A stretch of 64,000 nt of DNA from Vicinamibacteria bacterium (GTDB taxonomy: Bacteria; Acidobacteriota; Vicinamibacteria; Marinacidobacterales; Marinacidobacteraceae), in the NCBI GenBank assembly GCA_963668695.2, contig CAXXLQ010000004.1, forward strand, positions 480,001-544,000. The letters are read 5' to 3'. Both the position numbers and the translations under genes were made by a program. Every line of letters begins with the position of its first letter. Positions within the stretch are counted from its first letter, which is position 1. Below are positions 57,772-64,000 of the stretch, piece by piece. The notes beneath the pieces were generated by a model. The model saw nothing but the letters and a program-made list of their open reading frames with translations. It made no database searches and was not told where the DNA came from.

Positions 57772-59622
57772 TCACGGCTGTTCTTGGCGGAAGTACGGAT
57801 GTCCCATGAGGATGGGCGCTTGCTGCGGCCCGCCAATGCGCTCGATCTCGAGCTCCTCGAACAGAACCGACGGCGCGACGACAGCCGCCGGGATGCCCTG
57901 GCCACCGGGGCCGGCAAAGCCAAGGCCGCGAAAAAACCCGCCTCCGCCTGACTCCAGGAACCGATTGTTGACGTACTGATCCTCACCGCTAGCCACGATG
58001 TCCCGCAGGCTCTGCACCGACACATCCCGAAAGCGGAGACCACGCACCAGCTCTTCCCTGCCGTCCTCGACGTAGACCTTGTACGCAATGACCGGGCTCG
58101 TGAGTTGAGACTGGGACATTCCACCCTGCATGAGAACGAAGATGCTCGCCGGGCTCGACAGGTCGCTCCCGGTGATTCCGGGATCGTCGAGCACGCTTAC
58201 CAGAAGACCGTAGTCGAGCCCGGCGTCCCTGGCCATGTTGATCAGCTCCGCCTTCAACGCCTCCGCGCTCAGCCCGCCCTCGGCCCGAACGAGGAGGTTG
58301 CCCGGCTGGGCAGTCGCCGACCCGAACGTTCCAGCGCGACCATGCCCATTGGATTGGGGGATCTCCCGCCGCGGCCGACGAGACATCAGCAGCGTTCGCA
58401 AGATACCGCGTTCGATGAGCGTCACCGGCTGAGAACGCACGCCCTGATCATCGGCGGCGTAACTCCCGATGAGCGTCTCGCCGGCAAAGGACGCCTGCGT
58501 CGGGTCGTCAACCACATCGAAGGATGCCGGCAACACCCGCCGATTCAACCGGTTGGCGAGACCGCTGGACGGCATCATCGCCGCCATGCGTTCGTCCTCG
58601 AGGAGTGGAGGTCGATGGCCGGACAGTTGGGCACCGAGGAGCTGGGCGAAGAATTCGGGGGAGGCCTGCCCGGAGACCAAGACCGGGCCGATGTAGCCAC
58701 CGAGAACGGGAGCCGCAGCCAAGGCCGTCAATTCGCTTGCCATGCTTCGGACGGCAGCTTCCATCTCAGCTTCCGCCGGCAAGTCCTCAACGGCGCGCTC
58801 ATAGAACGGGGCGAAGTGCTTCAGCCGCATCCCGTCTGGCGCCCGGGTGGCCGCCCGCGCATAGAGGACGGCGAGTGATGCTGGCCGGCGGACTACGCTG
58901 CCATCGCTGTTGACGAGGTACTTGTGGCCCCGCTCGACGCGCAACGTCACGCTGGATTCGTCAATCGCCGAGTACTCCCTGAATACCTCGGACAACCTCC
59001 GCAGGGTCCCTTGCCATGCCTCCGCATCGAACGCGGACTCCGCAGGGGGCTCAACCAGCACGGAAGCCCCCTCGACGGAAAAGTCGGGCACGGGTTCGTC
59101 CTGAACCCGGTTCTGGAGGAAGGCACGCTTCTGCGCAAGCTGCTCCAAGGCCTCCTTGTACGCGGCATCGGTCGCCAGCCAGAGATCGTGGCGCAGGGCG
59201 TCATAGTCGTCGTCTCGCACGAGATTCCGCGGAAAGCGCCCGATCCGGATAAAGGACGGCCCTGCGACGAACTCGCTGTTGTCGAGCTCGTGGCTCCCGA
59301 CCCGGACGTCGACGCGCAGCGACCGCATGTGCGTCTGGTCGTTGCGCACACTCGCCCCGAACGTCGCCTCGATAACCGTCAGTTCCGTGTCGACCACCGC
59401 GTACTCGATGAAGTACGGCCGCTCCAGTTCCTCCAGTTGCAGCGTGTCGGTAGACCGTACGAGTTCATCGCGCATCGCGCGCAGCAGAACGTCGGATTGC
59501 TGTGCAGCTCCCGGCTGCTCTCCCGCCGTCTGCCACTCTCCGGCTGCAGGATGGGCACAGAGGGAGAGGAGCAAGACCCATATGCAGAAACGGGCCGACC
59601 GGATGCCTGAGCCAGTCATCAC
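57772..59622 (-). CDS. TldE/PmbA-like protein with signal peptide, lacking HExxGH
   Basis: LRAMRDELVRS, DDQGV, LMSRRP...SNGHGR, GREELVRG, VAPSVLFEELE. Confidence 0.8.
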   Translation of the reverse strand: MMTGSGIRSARFCIWVLLLSLCAHPAAGEWQTAGEQPGAAQQSDVLLRAMRDELVRSTDTLQLEELERPYFIEYAVVDTELTVIEATFGASVRNDQTHMRSLRVDVRVGSHELDNSEFVAGPSFIRIGRFPRNLVRDDDYDALRHDLWLATDAAYKEALEQLAQKRAFLQNRVQDEPVPDFSVEGASVLVEPPAESAFDAEAWQGTLRRLSEVFREYSAIDESSVTLRVERGHKYLVNSDGSVVRRPASLAVLYARAATRAPDGMRLKHFAPFYERAVEDLPAEAEMEAAVRSMASELTALAAAPVLGGYIGPVLVSGQASPEFFAQLLGAQLSGHRPPLLEDERMAAMMPSSGLANRLNRRVLPASFDVVDDPTQASFAGETLIGSYAADDQGVRSQPVTLIERGILRTLLMSRRPRREIPQSNGHGRAGTFGSATAQPGNLLVRAEGGLSAEALKAELINMARDAGLDYGLLVSVLDDPGITGSDLSSPASIFVLMQGGMSQSQLTSPVIAYKVYVEDGREELVRGLRFRDVSVQSLRDIVASGEDQYVNNRFLESGGGGFFRGLGFAGPGGQGIPAAVVAPSVLFEELEIERIGGPQQAPILMGHPYFRQEQP

Positions 59623-61340
59623 CGGCCCTCTCTTTCCGGCCGAGGCAGCAACGGCGGTCTGTCGGCGGCCTTCGGTTGCTTCTGGATCTCGATTTGCGCC
59701 GTGAGGATGGCAGGAGCGACCCCCGAGACCGGGACCATTCCCGATTCGGCGCCACAGAAGCCGTTGAAGACTTGCTGCTCGGTCCCGGTGGCGATGATCC
59801 CGCTGAACGAGATCAGGGGAGTGCCGATCAGGTCAGCGCCGCGAACCAACTCGTCCGGCCGCCCGTCGGCGTACACCCGGTAGACCATGATCGGGGTCAC
59901 CTGGAACACCTGCGGAACCATGCGCCCCGTGAAGGTGAAGCCGCCGGCGATCTCGGTGAACAGCAGGCCGAACTCCTTCCCCTGTCGCTCGATCTCCTCG
60001 ACCAGCAGATCCCGCAGTTCCGAGTCCGACACGGTCTGGGAGGATTCGACAATCAGGTTGCTCTGCCGCCCAACCGGGGCCCGCCCCGGCTGCCTCCTCC
60101 CGTGTCCGTTCGATTGAGCGAAGCCCTCCACGGGTGACCGCGACATGAGGAAGTTCCGCAGCACGCCGTTCTCCACCACCGTTACGGGACGTGACCGCAC
60201 GCCCTCGTCGTCGATCCGGTAGTGACCCGCCAGGTCGGTGCCACCAGCGCGTTCCCGGGTCGGATCGCTGTATACGGAGACGAACTCCGGCAGGATCCGC
60301 TCGCCGATCTTCTTGGTGAACGTCTGGCCCTCCGTTTCGCTCTTCTGCCTATGGCCTTCAATCCGGTGACCGAAGATCTCGTGGAAGAAGACGGCCGCGG
60401 CACGACCCGAGAGGATCGCCGGCCCGGTGTAGGGCTCGATCGCCGGCGCTTCACGGAGTGCGAGCAGATCGGTCACCATACGGTCGATGGCTTGCCGCAC
60501 GGTGTCCTCCCCTGCGAGCCGATCGGGCGAGTGGGCATCGAACGACTCGTACCGATACAGTTCCATGCCGTCGTCCGCACTGGTCGCCGCGTACAGCGCG
60601 ACGCGTACTTGAACCGTGCCGTGCTGAACCTTGGTGCCCTCGCTGTTGACGAGGTACTTGTTGGTTGCGATGGCCGTCAGCGTGGCGTTGGACTCGTGGA
60701 TCTCGGGGTGCGAATCAAGCAGGGCCGAGTACTCCTTCAGGCGCTCTCTCCATGGCTCCACATCGATTGCGATGGAAGCGAGCGGCCCGATGGCCACCTC
60801 CGGTGATTCCCGGGAGAAGTCCGCCGAGCCGTCCTCCTCGTCGACCGTCACCGCCTGGTTGGTCTTGACCTTGACGAGTTGATCCGCAGCAGCCTTGTAC
60901 TTGCGATCGGTGTGCAGCCAGAGAATGCTCTTGATGGCATCGTTGTCATCCTCCAGCGGAATGGCCACGGGCCCGCTGAAGTCGCGCAGCCGCGCGAAGG
61001 GCATCGCGTCGCGAACCTCGTGGGTGTTGTCCAGTTGGTAGTCGCCGACCCGCACATCGACATCGAGAAGCCGCGATCGCCTGGACGTACTCGAGCGCAA
61101 TGCCCCGTATGACGAGACGAGCCTCGTCTGTTCGGTCTCGGTGACCGAGTAGCTCATGAAGTAGGGAGGCGGGTCGGCGTTCCCGCTCAGCTCGTTCATC
61201 GAGCGCTGCAGCTCCTCCTCCATAGGCCGCAGGAGCAGGCTACTCTCCGGCCCCTGCGCGCGGGCACGTTCCGCAGCGATGTAGCAACAGCCAACGGTCA
61301 CGACGACAGCGACCGCGAGAGTCTTCGTGAGTTGATTCAT
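59619..61340 (-). CDS. TldD-like metalloprotease with signal peptide
   Basis: FFHEIFGHRIEG, DDEGV, SNGHGR, RQSNL, CGAESG.VPVS. Confidence 0.85.
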   Translation of the reverse strand: MNQLTKTLAVAVVVTVGCCYIAAERARAQGPESSLLLRPMEEELQRSMNELSGNADPPPYFMSYSVTETEQTRLVSSYGALRSSTSRRSRLLDVDVRVGDYQLDNTHEVRDAMPFARLRDFSGPVAIPLEDDNDAIKSILWLHTDRKYKAAADQLVKVKTNQAVTVDEEDGSADFSRESPEVAIGPLASIAIDVEPWRERLKEYSALLDSHPEIHESNATLTAIATNKYLVNSEGTKVQHGTVQVRVALYAATSADDGMELYRYESFDAHSPDRLAGEDTVRQAIDRMVTDLLALREAPAIEPYTGPAILSGRAAAVFFHEIFGHRIEGHRQKSETEGQTFTKKIGERILPEFVSVYSDPTRERAGGTDLAGHYRIDDEGVRSRPVTVVENGVLRNFLMSRSPVEGFAQSNGHGRRQPGRAPVGRQSNLIVESSQTVSDSELRDLLVEEIERQGKEFGLLFTEIAGGFTFTGRMVPQVFQVTPIMVYRVYADGRPDELVRGADLIGTPLISFSGIIATGTEQQVFNGFCGAESGMVPVSGVAPAILTAQIEIQKQPKAADRPPLLPRPEREGR

Positions 61341-61539
61341 GACCACATCTCCACTCGGGTCAATGCCCTCCAAGCTTGATGCTTGCCCTCCGGCAGCAAC
61401 CTTGTCAAGGGCATGATCCAGAACGCAGACTTGACGGCCCGACGCTAGCACTATAACCCATTGATAATCGGCAATATTAGGGGCACACACCGGCACCTAT
61501 CGGAACGGGGTGGAACGTGGAGATTGCCGACCAGAGGTC

Positions 61540-61667
61540 TATACCTTTCCGGGCATCACATTTTCATGGGGCAGACACCTTGCGAACGAATGGCGCCGGA
61601 CGGGGTGCGTTGGGGCGCGGCAGGTAGCCGGGAGGCGGTGTCAAGAGGAGGAAGGCGGCGAAGGTTC
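61540..61667 (+). mobile_element. Candidate non-autonomous mini-IS110 or internally deleted remnant in a REP target
   Basis: Left junction TGCCGACCAGAGGTC|TATACCTTTC is 23/25 identical to 2092-2116; right junction GAAGGTTC|CGGCGTTCC resembles 3876-3891. Confidence 0.65.
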
Positions 61668-61812
61668 CGGCGTTCCAAGCCGTCCCCGCGCTTCTTCGCG
61701 GTCGGCGATTCGCGCTCTCGCGGCCCTGCGGGCCGCGCGGTGCCGGCCTGAAGACCGGCGTTCCCTCGCCCTCGCGCCACCCTTCTGACCGGGGGTCGGC
61801 GTTCCCTCGCCG
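61668..61812. repeat. REP-like family B cluster (empty alleles)
   Basis: CGCGGCCCTGCGGGCCGCGCGGTGCCGGCCTGAAGACCGGCGTTCCCTCGCCCTCGCGCCAC. Confidence 0.75.
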
Positions 61813-61842
61813 GCCCCCGCGCTCTGTTGGTGAAACCCTGGC

Positions 61843-62613
61843 TCAGGCGACTCCGGGCTCCACGCGGACGCCCATCAGGCGGCCGGTGTGGCCCACCGCC
61901 GCTCCGGCGGCCGTGATCCCCCAGAAGTAGCCCGGGATGGCGCCGACCAGGCACAGGATGAGGGTCAAGTCCGAAACGATCGCGAACAGGATCAGAGTCA
62001 GCAGCATCACGACGTAGGTGCCGAAACTGGCGCGAATCCAAGCGATGTTCTCGTCCAACCGGAAGGCGGCGCTGAAACGGCCCGTCGCCGCCAGTTGCAT
62101 GATGCCCGCCGGGATCAGCGCCTTGGCGACCAGTGCCGCGAACACGAGGAAGATCACGGAGGCGATGCTGCCCAGGACCGAAGTCACGACCACCGCGGGA
62201 GAACCCATGGACTGCCCGATCACCGCCCAGAGAATCCCGATCCCCACGAGAACCGCGCCCATGGCAACAGCCGCGAGCGAATATCCCAGGACAACCCCCA
62301 GCGCCCTGAGGCCGTCGACCAGCAGGCCGCCGAAATCATCCCAATCGGGCATCGGGTGCTCGTCACCCCGCAGCGTTCCCCGCGCCGTCCGCACCCCGAA
62401 GCCGAGCAGCGCCAGCAGGCCGAGACCCAGCAGGGGGATGAGCAGGACCATGAGGCTGCCGATCATGAACTTCGACAGCGCCTTCGGATCCCGGAAGGCA
62501 AAACCGAACAGGTGGCCGATGTCGAATCGCTCGGGCGCGGGGGGAGTCGGCGGTAGAGGTGGCGGCGGCGCCTGCTGCTCGCCGGTAGTCGGAACTGGTT
62601 GGTCTTCGGTCAT
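61843..62613 (-). CDS. DUF4013-family membrane protein
   Basis: FAFRDP...KF.IG, MPDWDDFGGLLVDGLR, multiple TM helices. Confidence 0.8.
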   Translation of the reverse strand: MTEDQPVPTTGEQQAPPPPLPPTPPAPERFDIGHLFGFAFRDPKALSKFMIGSLMVLLIPLLGLGLLALLGFGVRTARGTLRGDEHPMPDWDDFGGLLVDGLRALGVVLGYSLAAVAMGAVLVGIGILWAVIGQSMGSPAVVVTSVLGSIASVIFLVFAALVAKALIPAGIMQLAATGRFSAAFRLDENIAWIRASFGTYVVMLLTLILFAIVSDLTLILCLVGAIPGYFWGITAAGAAVGHTGRLMGVRVEPGVA

Positions 62614-62751
62614 CGTTTTCCTTCCGGGGACGCCGGGTTCGTTTCCGTTCCCCGAAACAAGCTAACGAAGACAGATCGCGAAAGTTCTTGCCGGCGTGAG
62701 CGTTGGGTCGGCGCAGCCAGACTGCCCGTGGCGAACGACACCAGCGTCGGC

Positions 62752-62938
62752 CGGCGGCGCGGAGCGCCGCAGGGGTGGGGTGCGGGGAGGGGTTCCCCTC
62801 CCCGCGGAAAAGGATGGCGGGAATCGCACAGCGATTCCCGTCATCACCCCGTGGGGAAAGCACCCCGCATTCAGAGAGTCTCGCAGAGCCAACTCTCCTC
62901 GTGGCGGAGGGAGGATGCGGGGTGCATTCTCTACGGGC
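62752..62938. repeat. Structured repeat family C, copy 2 (inverted relative to copy 1)
   Basis: Revcomp aligns with 39678-39858. Confidence 0.7.
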
Positions 62939-62940
62939 TG

Positions 62941-63347
62941 CTAGCAGCCTGTGGTGAAACCCGGGTGAGCGCCGAGGTTGGCCAGTTCTCCCGGTGGGGG
63001 CGAGGCGCCCGGCTGACAAGGCGCGTGAGGGAGGAATACCTGGTGTATTTCGACCGAAACGCAACGATGAGCGGCGCGAAGCGACGCGGTCAACAGCCGG
63101 TGGTGGAACCCGGGTGAGCGCCGAGGTCGGCCAGTTCTCCCGGTGGGGGCGAGGCGCCCGGCTGACAAGGCGCGTGAGGGAGGAATACCGGGTGTATTTC
63201 GACCGAAGCGCAACGATGAGCGGCGCGCAGCGACGCGGTCAGCCGGGATGAATCGCCGGCCGAACGCCGCGTGGGTTTCATCACCGGCTGTTTGGCCGGG
63301 ATGGATCGCCGGCCGAACGCCGCGTGGGTTTTGCCACGGGCTGCTAG
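62941..63347. mobile_element. Nested MITE family A: inner copy 63090-63294 inside an outer CTAG-bounded copy
   Basis: Outer copy breaks at GCGACGCGGT and resumes at GCCGGGATGGATCGCC after a full inner copy. Confidence 0.85.
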
Positions 63348-64000
63348 ATACCCATCGAGCGGGCGGCGCGCCCGACAGCCACTCCCGAGGCGGCGTAACC
63401 CCAGAACAAGCCCGGAATGAGCCCGATCCCGCAGAGCGCGGAACTGGCGGTCGACAGCACCTCGATCAGAATCACGATCAGGAGAAAAACAACGTAGGTG
63501 CCGAGGTGGGCCTGGATCAGGCGGAGGTTTTCCTGGACGTCGAACGCGGACCGGATCTCGCCGCTCGCGACCATCTGCGCCAGAGCAACCGGCAAGAGGG
63601 CGAAGGCGAGCAAACTGAGAAGAAGCGTCAAGGGACCGAGCACCACGTTCGCGAGCCCTCCCAGCACCGGGATGAGGCCGAGAATCGCGGTGACGACGGT
63701 CAGGGCGAACACCGGCAGGAGATAGCCGAGAACCACGCCGAACACGCGAAGCCCGTCACCCAGTAGCTGGCCGAGATCTCCCCACTCCGGCATCGGGTGC
63801 TCTTCGCCTCGCCGGGCGCGTTCCGCCGTCTGGAACAGGTAGCCCGCCAAGGCGAGCAACCCGAGTCCGAAGAACAAAATCCCGACAACCGCGAGGCAGC
63901 CGCCGAGAAACTTCGGCAAGGCCCGCGGATCGCGGAAGGGAGCGCCGAGAATGTCGCCGAGTTGGAGGGTTCCGGACGCGGCGGCGCTGCCGTTCGGGGT
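63344..64000 (-). CDS. DUF4013-family membrane protein paralogue, 5' end outside the window
   Basis: PFRDPRALPKFLGG, HPMPEWGDLGQLLGDGLR; stop TAG is the MITE's CTAG. Confidence 0.8.
   Translation of the reverse strand, partial: TPNGSAAASGTLQLGDILGAPFRDPRALPKFLGGCLAVVGILFFGLGLLALAGYLFQTAERARRGEEHPMPEWGDLGQLLGDGLRVFGVVLGYLLPVFALTVVTAILGLIPVLGGLANVVLGPLTLLLSLLAFALLPVALAQMVASGEIRSAFDVQENLRLIQAHLGTYVVFLLIVILIEVLSTASSALCGIGLIPGLFWGYAASGVAVGRAARSMGI

Overview
High-GC bacterial chromosome segment, probably from an Acidobacteriota-like lineage (inferred from gene content only). It is mostly housekeeping: the dcw cluster on the minus strand (mraZ-rsmH-ftsL-ftsI-murE-murF-mraY-murD-ftsW-murG-murC-ftsQ-ftsA-ftsZ-pgeF), topoisomerase IV-like A/B, a divergent ychF, rplU-rpmA-obgE-nadD-rsfS-lapB, rho and hisS. 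The right third is more accessory: cstA, GGT, FGE-family protein, an OLD-like ATPase-TOPRIM, Mrr_N, a vapBC pair, a secreted TldD/E pair and DUF4013 paralogues. The main signal is in the non-coding DNA. (1) A complete IS110 element (about 2102-3882) has a left end in which a bridge RNA can be read directly, with four guide segments matching its own target and donor junctions. The target is a genomic REP-like repeat, and a TTGACA-N17-TACCCT promoter forms only on circularisation. (2) A roughly 128-bp transposase-less insert sits at the same REP position (61540-61667). (3) About 14 copies of a ~187-bp MITE occur; two sit in frame inside genes (murD and a DUF1573 signal peptide) and one is nested in another. 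(4) An unexplained non-palindromic 19-bp unit, CCCCCACCGGGAGAACTGG, occurs about 29 times, preferentially at GG|CC sites, with filled and empty alleles both visible in the window. All alignments and counts were done by eye.
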